Positions 53,301 to 64,000 of a stretch of DNA of 64,000 nucleotides are shown one piece after another. Numbering within the stretch: position 1 is the first letter of the stretch; each line of letters opens with the position of its first letter. Source of the stretch: Takakia lepidozioides. Taxonomy: Eukaryota > Plantae > Bryophyta. The stretch spans positions 70,618,001 to 70,682,000 of the forward strand of contig CM060733.1 in assembly GCA_030704615.1 (NCBI GenBank). The letters run 5' to 3'. The notes beneath the pieces are model-generated. The model searched no databases and was not told the origin of the DNA. It was given only the letters and a program-made list of their open reading frames with translations. The position numbers were made by a program, and so were the translations under genes.

Positions 53301-55560
53301 GAAGAGAGTGGCTATTGCTAGGAAGGAAATTCAGTGCATTGAAACCTCACCTTCTCTTTCGCCTCCACACATGCCGTTGAGAGGTGATGCAGTTTCTCCA
53401 ATTGCATGGTCGGCTGCATGGCCCGAGAATAGTGTTTTGCAATCTCGGGGATGAAGTCCTTTCCAAGTGCCGGATCTGCAATTGCCACCAGCTTCACAAG
53501 CTTTGACTTGTATTTGGTTCTGGACTTGACACCGGCTTCCTTCAAGTGCTCAGTCAATGACTGCAACGTTTTGACCTGCCCCTCACTTTCCATGAAGAAG
53601 CGTTTGGCATGGGCCAAATCCAGCTTGATGTTTGACTGCCAACAAAAACATGCAGAAGCGTTACATTCGATTCATGTGGAAACATTACTGGAAATTGGGG
53701 AAGGATGAGCAGAGGGAAATTGGAGCACGACTTACTTCGTATATCACCTCCACCATTCCATCCATAGTGAGACGATACCATGTCCGGTCTGTTTTTGCAA
53801 CGGCTTTCTGAATGAGCTCGGCTCCAGCATTTCCGCAAACATCTGCGGATCAGTAAGACCAGTTTTCCTCACCCTGTACAGCATATGTGCCATGTGGGTA
53901 TGCACGTACGCATTCTCAGTGACCCTGCAAGGCACACTCTCCAGTTCAGTACACGGAAGCACGGAATCAAACCAGAATGGAAACCGAAATGCGGCACCGC
54001 ATTTCGAATGTGCTAGGGAGGGTATGAGTATCTTACGAGTTGAGGTCCGCCATGGCATTCTTGAGCAGGGAGGAGTCTGCCGCCTTCACCTTGAGGATGA
54101 CACACTCCACCATGTAATGCCAGCCAATGTGCTTGGCATGGTTCTGCTTGATGTACTCCCACCAGGCGAGAAGTCGGTGATTCCCGTCCCACACAAAGAA
54201 CATTTTACCCGACATATGGCCGAAGTCGGGATCACCCTTCAGCGTCGCCTCGAATTCGTGGTTGCGAGTGTGCCAGTGGGTATCCCACGTTGACAATTCA
54301 TCGGCAGTGGGTCCACGGGTTTCGCCGTCCTCATTCTCTATGGAAACGTAAAACGCTGCCGATCCCAGACGGTACCCTTCTCGAAATGCGAACTTGAGCT
54401 TATCCACATCTCCGGGAAGGGCCTGCCTGACGATGGGAAGGGAGACCATGCGACAGAGTGGGATTCGAAGAGTCCGCTGGAATACCCTGCTGCCCAGAAC
54501 TCTGCCAATGCTACTGTGTGTCTCCTCCAACATTTTATCCGCTGCACTTTTGAAATCCTCCGGAGACATGTCTGTAGGTGCCGGTAGTGGCTGAGCAGCT
54601 GGAGCATCCTCAACTGGAGCTGCACTCTGGGGCCTGTGTGCGGGCAATTCTGCCATTGCAGAGGCCTCCTCCGGGCCTGCTAGCTCATCGGTGGTGAGGT
54701 CTGCCTGCGAACGTTCAGCGGCAGCACCCTCCTCCGGTACCAAATCGAGATCAACGGTCGATCCCATTGCCTTCGCTGCAGCAGAGTCGGCCCCAACATC
54801 TGCAGGCGGGAAATCCTCCAGGAACTGAGCTTCAGCTCGTGGAAGCGGTTTTGCGGGAGATTGTTCGCCCGTCGCCCTGATTGCCTTCTGCTTCCTCATC
54901 CTTGCAGGTGAAGGTGTCTGCTGCAATAGAATCTGTCTTCTACCCTGCTGCTTCATTCGCGTTGGGGGGGGTGAATCGGCCTGAGCCGGTTCAGAAGCCA
55001 GTAGAGGGACGGGCTGCTTCTTCTTCGACTTTGCTGGAGAAGGGCCCGACCCCTGCTGGCGATTCTCCATGATCGAAGAACGCGAGTCGATCTCTGAGAC
55101 TTTGAACTTGCCCTTCGAAGACGCGTCTTTGAATCGCAGAGGGCTAGGCCCGGCAGGAATACCCGCGCTCGGGGATCGGGTGGGTGTACGTGCTGCAGCT
55201 AGCTCCTCGGACTCTTCCTGCGGCTCTTCGGATTCCTGCGATCCCTCCAGCACGTCCACCTTTCCTGTTAGGCATGCAAACATGTTCTGCATTCAAGTCT
55301 CCTAGCATTCAGTCTAAGAATTACAGAAGCAAAATGGGGGGTTCGGTGCTCGATCAGCTGCGCGCAGCCCGATCGCATGGAGCTCTCACTGGTGGCTGGG
55401 TTGCCTGAGTGGCCTGCTGCTCGGAGATGGCAATCTCCTCCTGTAGACGCATCTGCTTCCTCCCCTTCGGCATTGGCCTACGTCCGAAGTATAATTTCCG
55501 GAGCTTGCGACGAGGTCTCCTGTCTGGTGCACGAACTCCCCCCCTCTCAGGTTCGAGCAT
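50380..55560 (-). pseudogene. Multi-exon gene: disordered N-terminus, ParB/Srx-fold domain, beta-class N4/N6 DNA methyltransferase-like domain, acidic tail; carries frameshifts
   Basis: FFVWDGNHRLLAW (ParB-like, ~54170); CDMIILDIPDG (motif IV-like, ~51840) upstream of EGTVLD/LICGT|GASMWAGRFSDRHLFAYEED (motif I-II-like, 51280-51085); GT-AG introns; gene ends approximate. Confidence 0.72.
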
Positions 55561-55904
55561 AAGAAGAACAGAGAGAGGGAAAAGGGGCAAAGAGTGCAGA
55601 TGGAAAGGGCGCGAGAGGGGTGACTGAGGAGACACGACAAAAGTAGATGAAACGGCGGTGATGCACCACTTGGGTTCGAAAGGTTGGACGAAAGTGTCTC
55701 CTCGTGGAGTTTGCGTCATTACGAAATTCGAATCGTTGAGGGTACGCCTGCCGTCCGAAAATCAAACATCATTATCCAACGGTCAGGCCGCGCCGCCTCA
55801 TGCCCCTTCAGTCAGATAGAGTGCCGACATGTGCAGCAATTCCGTTGCTCCACGTGTTCACATTTCAAGGCATTTCCGTCCCAGCGTCTGATGAGTTGGA
55901 GCGA

Positions 55905-57562
55905 GAATGCGAATGCGGCGCCGCATTTCCGTTAAGTACCATCACGAAGCTACACATCCGTACTTGTTGGAAGAAAATGCGGCACCGCATTTCCGTTCCA
56001 CCTTCACATACCTTAGTTGTTGAACGGAAATACGGTGCCGCATTTCCGTCCCACAGCTCCATGTATGAGATTCAGAAGGGAAATGCGGCGCCGCATTTCC
56101 GTTCCCACTTCACATACGTTAGTTGATGAATGGAAATGCCGTGCCACATTTCCGTTCGGGAAAGTATAGAGGTCTCACCTGGACAGAAATGCGGTGTCGC
56201 ATTTCCGGTCTGGAAAGGTTGAAGGTCTCACATGGATGGAAATGCGGCAACACATTTCCGTAGCACAGCTCCAGGCCGAATATACAAAACGGAAATGCGG
56301 CGCCGCATTTCCGTTCGAGAATGTCGGAAGGTGCGACTCGAACGGAAATGCGGTGCCGCATTTCTGTACCCGTTGCGCACGATTTTCAGTCAGAATGGAA
56401 ATGCGGTACCGCATTTCCGTTCTGTAGAGTATTAACGTCTGACGCTGGCGGAAATGCCTTCCCGCATTTTCGTTCCACAGCTCCATGCCTCACATACAAA
56501 ACGGAAATGCGGTGCCGCATTTCCGTTTTGGAATGTCGGATGGTGGGACTCCGACGGAAATGCGGTACCGCATTTCAATTCCGATGTTTCAGGATATTTC
56601 ATCAGAACGGAAATGCGGTGCCGCATTTCCCTTTTAAATCTAATACATTCCGTTCTGGAATGTTGGGAGGTGCGACTCGGATGGAAATGCGCTGCCGCAT
56701 TTCAGTTCCGATGGTTCACGATTTTCAGTCAGAACGGAAATGCGGTACCGCATTTCCGTTCTGGAATGATGGTAGGTGCGACTCGGATGGAAATACGTTG
56801 CCGCATTTCAGTTCCGATGGTTCACGATTTTCAGTCAGAACGGAAATGCGGTGCCGCATTTCCGTTCTGGAATGATGGTAGGTGCGACTCGGATGGAAAT
56901 ACGGTGCCGCATTTCAGTTCAGATAGTTCACGATTTTCAGTCAGAACGGAAATGCGGTGCCGCATTTCCGTTCTGGATAGTGTGAATGTCTCAACCGGTC
57001 GGAATTGCGCTGTATGAAGCTGTCGGAATCTTACTCGGCTCCAGGCATCAGATACAAAATGGAAATGCGGCGCCGCATTTCCTTTATGGAATGTCGAAAA
57101 GTGCGACTCGGACGGAAATGCGGTGCCGCATTTCTGTTCCCGTTGTTCATAATTCTCAATCAGAACGGAAATGCGGTACCGCATTTCCGTTCTCGAGAGT
57201 ATGAATGTCTTTTAAGGACGGAAATGTGCTGCAGCATTTCTATCCCTCAGCTCCATGCATCAGATACAAAATGGAAATGCGGCGCCGCATTTCCGTTCTG
57301 GAATGTCGAAAAGTGCGACTCGGACGGAAATGCGGTGCCGCATTTCTGTTCCCGTTGTTCATAAATCTCAATCAGAACGGAAATGCGGTACCGCATTTCC
57401 GTTCCACCTTCACATACCGTGCTTGCTGGATGGAAATGCGTTACCGCATTTCCGTTCTGGAGAGTATAAAGGTTTCCCCCGGACGGAAACTCGGTGCCGC
57501 ATTTCCGTCGCTCTGTTGCATGACCAAGATGCAATACGGAAATGCGGCGCCGTATTTCCGTC
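55905..57562. repeat. Palindrome array 2: ~30 copies of the same 22-bp palindrome between the divergent genes
   Basis: Seen directly; includes ~106-bp higher-order duplications. Confidence 0.95.
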
Positions 57563-57988
57563 CACCAGCAATCGACAGAATCACTCGGGACGGGAAATCT
57601 GGAACCTCAATGGGTTGCATTGTTCCGAAACAACACAATTGCGGCCAGTCTTGATGAGCACAACTTGGTTGTCTGACCGTTTTAACCAGCAGTCCTGGCA
57701 CTTGTCAGTGCGAACGTTCCTGTCTGCACCGAGAATACTGCTGGATCCACCCTCAGGAGAAACTGTCAGGAGATGTTATTTCGTCGCCGAATCGGCCATC
57801 ATTGTCCTACTCACTGGCTATGGAATCAAACCTCCCACCTTCATGCATGTAGCTTGAAACAATACTTTCCACTTCAATGTGCGACTTCCAATTGTCGATG
57901 GACTCCGCAGATCCACTTAGATGGTGCCTGTGAGCCTTGGTCTGTCGCTATACTGAACCTCGCACTTGCCAACTCCGTGCGGTGTTCG

Positions 57989-60900
57989 ATGGCTCCGAAT
58001 TCCTACGCTATAGTTTGCTGTCCTCCGCAACTTGGGAGAGCCTGGATCCCAAACGAGGGAGGACTTTGCAGAGTGACTGAAACTTACCTTTGTTCCAAAT
58101 TCAAGCTCAAACCGGGCACAGTTTATTTGGAAGAAGAAAGGAAGGATGTTCCTGGACAGGTTGACGAGACCATTGTCGTGCTAGGTAACGACGGAGGTTG
58201 CGGAATCGAATGGCACGTTCCCCCGTCAGACACCATCCTGTACCGAGCTGTGGGAATGCCCATTCCCTTTCCGAATCAGTCGCTGCCCACACCATCCACA
58301 AAGGAGTCCGGAAACCGAGAGGCGGCCACTGCCAACAGAGAGGTATGCAACGATAATCATTCCCGACCTGGACCGTCAAGACCCTCCATAGCTTCTCGTG
58401 TGGACGTATTCGACATTTCCGACGAGGAAGATGATTGCATTGAGGTACCCATGTCCTCCACACGGTCGTTCAAATCCGGCATGGACGTCTCTGTAGGTGC
58501 TACGCATGTGCCCTCGAGCATAACTCCAACCCGGTCCATTGTGCAGCTCCTACGACAACATCACCTCGATGGTTCTCGCTCCGAGCTGGCTGCTCTCGAC
58601 TATGCCAAATTCCCAGTCAGAAAGGTAACTTTTCTGCCTCCCGAAGTCGATGGCAATGTCATCTTCGAGTTTCCACCTGTTTCTTCGTCAAAGAAAGCCT
58701 CCGGGATGTTAACAGACATGGATCGAAAGCATGACGGACACCCCTGGTGTGTGACGAAGACCAGTAGCACGAAAATTGCTGATGGTGTTCGTGTACGATA
58801 TGTCCTCTGTGCGGGGAAGCTGAGGTGCCTCAATCCCACCTGCTTCCACTTTCTCTCCAAAGGAGGGCGGAGAAACGAGACGGATTGGACTGGCACAACG
58901 CATCATCCATTCATTGTCTCCAGCCAAGCTCCTGCGGGTTCTTTCAAGTGTGCACATTGCAAAGAACCACCGACGTGCATGTCCATGTGCAGAGCCAAGC
59001 AATATTACGTAATCCATTTGCTCCCGGACTTGACTAGAGCTTGCATACACGTTGGGGTCCACTGCCACCCCTTGGCGAGAGGCAACATGCGTGAGGCTGT
59101 GCAGGAAGCACACGACATCATAAAAGAGGAGGTGAAATTGAGCCCCGGAGCCAGACCAAAGCAGATTCAGCTGAAGGCAGCCCACAAGATTGCTCTTGGC
59201 AAAATCATGTCTGAAGATGGTTCCGACCGAGAGCCCTTGACCGAAGACGAGATGCGTGACCTCTTGGAGTCCGTCTCGCACGTTTGTAGTCCGAATGTGC
59301 GGAATCACATCGTATCTTGCAAGCAGGAGTTCGGCAGGGGGTCGGACATGTACTCAATCCTGGAGGTGAAACGAATGACTGGATATGACTACATCCAAGG
59401 TAGCAGGTTTCCAGGGCAAGGCAGCGAATCCGATCGTTGTTACATTTTCAAAATGTCGACGTGTGGGCCTGGGAGTGGAGTCGACTTGGTCACTCGCATG
59501 ACAACTGGAAACTTGTCGAATGCTTGGGTGATGTTTGATCACATCAAGCGAATTACAAACCATCAGTGGGTGACTATGGGTGCGCATGTTTATGACTATC
59601 ACTCCAAGAGGCTCATGACGATTGCAATCTGCGAGATGAAAGGGGAGGACACACAGTCCGAGATGCATCTGTGGGAGGGCATAAACGAGCAGATGGCAAG
59701 GGCGGGATTGCCAGAGCCCAATTTCAGGGGATTCATGGCAGACAACGCTCAGGCCAACTGGGCAGCGGTGCGGCGTGTGTACGGTGAGGACCCCAATGTT
59801 CCAATGGAGGGGAAAGAGAGATCCTGTGGATTCCATTGGATGCAGAGTCTATCCCACTACACTACCAAATTTGTTGCTAGCTCATTCCAGGCTGAACACC
59901 GTGTCCTTTGTACGGCGTGGAAGGATGCACCCACATTTGATGACGCGGAGGTTAAGTTTGCTATCATCGAGGCTTGGTGGAACACGTCAGGTGCAGTGGA
60001 GACAACCAATCTGGGAGCATTGCACAGCTGGTTGGGGTGGTGGCATTTTCGGTATCGACAGTTCGGACAGTACATGCGGGAGGTAGGCTGCTGTCAATTT
60101 CGTTCATTTGTCTTTCTGTTACGGACATTTCGATTGGTCCCTCACCGTTGTTTGTGTCCTTCTAGGAGCGGTGCTTGGATTCCGACACGGACATGCCGAA
60201 CACGAAATCGGTCCACTCCTCCTGGCGAGCGTCTTCTGCCGCACATCTGGTGGACGTAGTGACGGCCACAACGGAGGACATCGACAGAGCAATCATGCAG
60301 CAAGCCACGTACTACAAGTTCCTGAGCGGCAAACAATGGGGCTTTGGGCCGGACAGGGAGGAATTGTTGGTACGAACAGCTTCGAGGTCCAAGAATCCAG
60401 TGAAATGGGCGACAGCATTGCGAGAGAAGATCAAAGGGACGCCTCTGCACCGCAGAGGTGAACACCTAGAGGGGGACGTCCGGACTCGCCCTGTCAGGCG
60501 GAGGATTGAAGAGGAACCCGGGTGCGAAGAGGATTCCTGGAGATCCGACAGGAACATTCGGACAGCACCTCGAGGTCCCGTCATGTTGCCGCACAATGTG
60601 TCTTCCAGCAGTGGAAGCCCAAGAAATTCCAGATCGCCGTCGCCTTCAACCGGGGATTTCGTGCAACAAATTCCCACCGCTCCCTTGCCCCACATTCCGC
60701 CCGCTGTTATGCAGTATGGCCAAGCCATTGTGGAGACGACTGTGTCTGCCTCACAGTGGAGAATTGCTCGCACAAAGCCGTCGTTTCGAGGAAGGTGTTC
60801 CGCAATTCGTGTGGATACACGGCAACGTTGTTTAGAGATGATAAGGAGGAATCCAGATGGGGCTGTCCCTGCTCCTACTTTTACAGGAAGATTTGTCCAT

Positions 60901-61587
60901 GCAAAGTTTGCGGAGGCGACAACCACCCAGTTCTGGTTCTGCAGGCACGACATTATGACTTGCGTGTATGGAAAGCCCAAGTACGGCATACAGACAATGC
61001 CAGAGGCTCCCCCGGTGTGGCCGGTGGAACCAGGCTGCGATCTGAGTCAGGTTGAGGCCGACGCCCTTACCGCCGCAGGATTTCGGATGGTGCAGCGCAC
61101 TGACGTCCCCAGACAACCATTTCCGCTTCCACAGCCTCCACCACCGACCCCTGTGAGAGCAAGAACAATGGGACACGACAGCTCTAAGCATCCTACACAC
61201 CGTTGGGGGAAACCGAAGAGGCGGCGACCTCCCTCAAAAGTGAACGAGACAAGGATGGGGAATGCACTTCGGATGAACTGTACAATCCAGAGCTCGACAG
61301 AAGTGCCCCCACCAGGATTCGGGCGTGTGTATCAGATGGCCACGGCGGGCTCAGCTGTTCGCAATGAGGTGTACACCATCACCATTTCAGAATTACCCAC
61401 CTGCAATTGCACCGACTTCCAGATCATGGCGAACAAGGGGGCATCATACTGCCCTTGCAAGCATTTGTACTACGTGTACCTAAAGAGACTCCGTTGTAAT
61501 TCCACAACTCATCACTTCATACATGCACCAGGGTTGAGCCCCCAGGAGGTTCACACTCTTCTGAATATGGATCCAGGGGACCAGTGA
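57989..61587 (+). CDS. Mutator-like transposase, ~1171 aa; exons 57989-60082 and 60166-61587; GCM-like Zn domain, DDE core, SWIM finger
   Basis: DGHPW...CAGKLRCLNPTC...CAHC...HCHP; MFDH; FMADNAQANWAAVRRVY; CGFHWMQ; CNCTDF...CKHLYYV; the 83-nt GT-AG intron joins the two ORFs in frame. Confidence 0.88.
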
Positions 61588-63355
61588 GCTTGGCTTGCGG
61601 TCCACATACAATGGTACGCCCATCCTTTTCGGATAGTAGAACTGTACTGCTGCCAGTACCTCAGACTCTGGCCACACAAAGGTCCGACATATGTCTTGCC
61701 TACCAGTAACCTGTTTTGATCGAACTAAGATATTACTATATCGTTCACTTGTTTCCACGTGCATGTATTTTTGTATGTTGGAGGGTTCATGTTTTTCTGC
61801 TTTCCGAAAACTTGCTCTCCTCATTCGACCTCCGACAAGGAAATGCGGCGCCGAATTTCCAAGTATCGTCGTAGGTACCCCCAGAGGCGGCCTTCGCCAA
61901 CACCAAACCGCTCCGAAATTTCGCACGTGCGAACCCTAATGCGGCACCCTATTTCCCAGTTCAGTTGCAAACCTTTCCCGCCGAATACCCGAAGAAGACA
62001 GAATTGTGAAGTACTGCAGACTGTATTGGTGCAGACTCCATTGGTTCAATCGCGGCAAAAGGGTCAGCTTCATTCCAATGTTAAGGCATGTAAAACCGCG
62101 GAATACTCTATACAGGCCAGTATGCGACGTCCTTTTGCAGTGGTATACTGGATTTCCCGTTGCACGGTCACTTATTTCCATGAGCGGATCTATAAAACCA
62201 TGAGCGGACTTGTTACTGACGACATATCTTCGCCGCATTACATGATCTGGAACGTCCAAAAACGGCAAGGTCAAATAAAAAACTATTATTTTAATACTTG
62301 TTTAATCTGCCGCATTTCCAAATTTGGAGGAGTCCGCTCATGAAATCCGCGTATCTTAGACTTCGGCTCACCGCTCATGCGGCTCATGCGGCTCATGGCT
62401 CATGGCTCATGGTTTCTGCTCATGAAATAGTAAACCTCGTGTGGGAAGTGCATTTACATCCTGGAATGCTAAGAAAGTCTCAGACACATTCTGTACATTT
62501 GCATGCTTCCTTCATGGGTATGCTGAGCATGTGAATGCATAGAAATGCTGAAGATGTGGCGTCATAGTGAGGAGGTGCTTACAGATGGTGATTTTGCCAG
62601 CGACGGCCGTTTCTGGGGAAGCGAGGGTGCAGGAGCTGGGTGGCGAAGAATATCTTCGCTAGAATCGCCAGTGTGCTCACCCGCAGGGACACACAACAAA
62701 TCCTCCTCCTCGTCTTTGTCTACATATTGTCGTGCCTCGTCGGCCATTGTTTCTAGCCTTCCACTGCGTCTGGGTGGTCCCGTGGGTAGTGGAGGTCGAC
62801 GGCAAGCATGCTTTGGTTTCGGAGCAAGAAGCCTGCAATCCTCGCCCCATGAAGAAATTAACCAATCCCGCTCTCTTCATGGTGCGCCATGATAGTGTGG
62901 AGACAGGCGTCGCCTCACAACCATCATTCTGTGTACTTAGCAATGCAATCCCAACACTGGGAATGTAGAAAAAACTCGTAAACCCAAAAGACAAGGATGC
63001 GGGCAATTTCAGGCTAAACCGTAGACCTCTCACATTTTTAAAAAAAAACCCTAATGACAAGCCCCTGCAATGCGATGTCTGACAACCCCAAACTAAAGTA
63101 TTCGGGTCAGTTGAGCACTCCGGTTGAGGTGGAATGCTCTCCTGCGAGATTTAGGCCACAACACTAGGGTGAGCCGCCTCTCAGTATACTCACAGTGGGT
63201 GCGAACCAAACAACTCCACCTCAAACCTCTTTGTTGCGAGCAATGCAGGTCTCCCTTAGCTTCTCATACGCAGTCAGAGGACCGCACGGGGAGGGCGTGA
63301 CCATGGCAGTCTGACATCAGCTGCAAAGACCCTTGCACACCCCTGTGTAAGTACA

Positions 63356-63667
63356 ATGTATACAACGAGAGCGGGGTTTTGGCTAACAGCTCAACGACTC
63401 CGTGTGCGCAGGAAAGATGAGAAACTGTGGCGACTAGAGGAGGCGCATGCCATTGCACAAGGGCACCGCAAAATATTGTGCAACTGCAAAATATGCCATG
63501 GAGGGATCTCGCAGTTTCTACCAATGGCCAAAAAACACCTAACAAAGTATGGGAGGGACCCAAACCTTCGACAGTGTACAGTCCCGGTACACCTTGCACG
63601 ACGCACGCACTCTGACATGCTCGCAGCACGCCGCGCATGTCCGCATTTTGGACAGTCGTGGGAGTGA
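63356..63667 (+). pseudogene. CACTA TnpD N-terminal transposase-associated domain
   Basis: ILCNCKICHG...AKKHLTKYG resembles the CPCxxC...HLxxxG motif. Confidence 0.6.
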
Positions 63668-64000
63668 CTGGAGTCCGAACTACGTGTCGTTCTTCCGTTG
63701 GATGTATTGGAGTCATGGAGTCGTAGTGATGGAGTCATGTAGTCGGTAGTGCGTCAGAGTAGTCATGTCCATGACTTCATGACCGTGGATCATGGACATT
63801 TCAACTACGTGGTGTTCTTCCATTGGTTGTACTGGAGTCATGTAGTCAGGGTCATGACTACATGGTCGTTGTTGACTGCCATGTGTGAAGGCAATATGCA
63901 TTTTGGGCTTTTGGCAGTTTGTTGCCATGTGTCATGCCTTCAACGCACTGCCCACTTGGGCATATTTGTTGAGAGCTTTCACTTTGTTGGTCTGTGCAGA

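Larger units (their letters stand above)
47735..62438. mobile_element. 14.7-kb Mutator-like (MULE) DNA transposon with ParB-methyltransferase cargo
   Basis: 8-bp TSD GTGTGGGA at 47727-47734 and 62439-62446; imperfect TIRs GGGGGCTGCTATTTCATGAGC / GCTCATGAAATAGTAAACCTC with subterminal CATGAGC repeats. Confidence 0.9.
40489..64000. mobile_element. Large CACTA/EnSpm element, open at the window end, with nested LINE fragments and the Mutator-like element
   Basis: CACTACAA terminus, TnpA-like gene on minus, transposase-associated domain at 63356; that both belong to one element is inferred. Confidence 0.65.

Noticed and set aside
50380-55560. Bacterial contamination or prophage as the source of the ParB-methylase
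   Set aside because: The gene has GT-AG introns, lies inside a TSD-bounded eukaryotic transposon, and has an intron-sharing homolog in the window
55905-57562. CRISPR array
   Set aside because: No cas genes, eukaryotic context, irregular spacing, and spacers are related to each other through higher-order duplication
47735-62438. Zisupton/KDZ or hAT classification (8-bp TSD, SWIM finger)
   Set aside because: The catalytic core (FMAD...AV..VY, CxFH) and G-rich TIR start are Mutator-type; no KDZ or hAT dimerisation motifs seen

Overview
Eukaryotic, intron-containing, transposon-dense DNA, most likely from a non-seed land plant (inference from the host-gene homologs and TE types). Host-like genes: a five-exon RWP-RK transcription factor (minus, 7276-10304), an RPA-interacting-protein fragment and a degraded AT1G45150/GH123-like gene with an antisense HECT remnant next to it. 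The rest is nested TEs: a decayed Ty3/gypsy with dUTPase, a decayed non-chromoviral gypsy, a very young full-length chromovirus, two CACTA ends (one with a TnpA-like gene fused to an FCP1-type phosphatase domain) and LINE fragments. The main observation is a 14.7-kb Mutator-like DNA transposon (47735-62438, imperfect TIRs, 8-bp TSD GTGTGGGA). It carries a GCM-like/DDE/SWIM transposase and, transcribed divergently, a spliced gene fusing a ParB/Srx-fold (DGNHR) domain to a prokaryote-type beta-class N4/N6 DNA methyltransferase-like domain. Dozens of copies of a 22-bp palindrome GGAAATGCGG-NN-CCGCATTTCC lie in its noncoding DNA and introns. Diverged second copies of the methylase (632-1543) and of the transposase (27170-28494) in the same window point to a family. 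All domain calls come from motif recognition by eye; no database search was run, and counts and identities are approximate.
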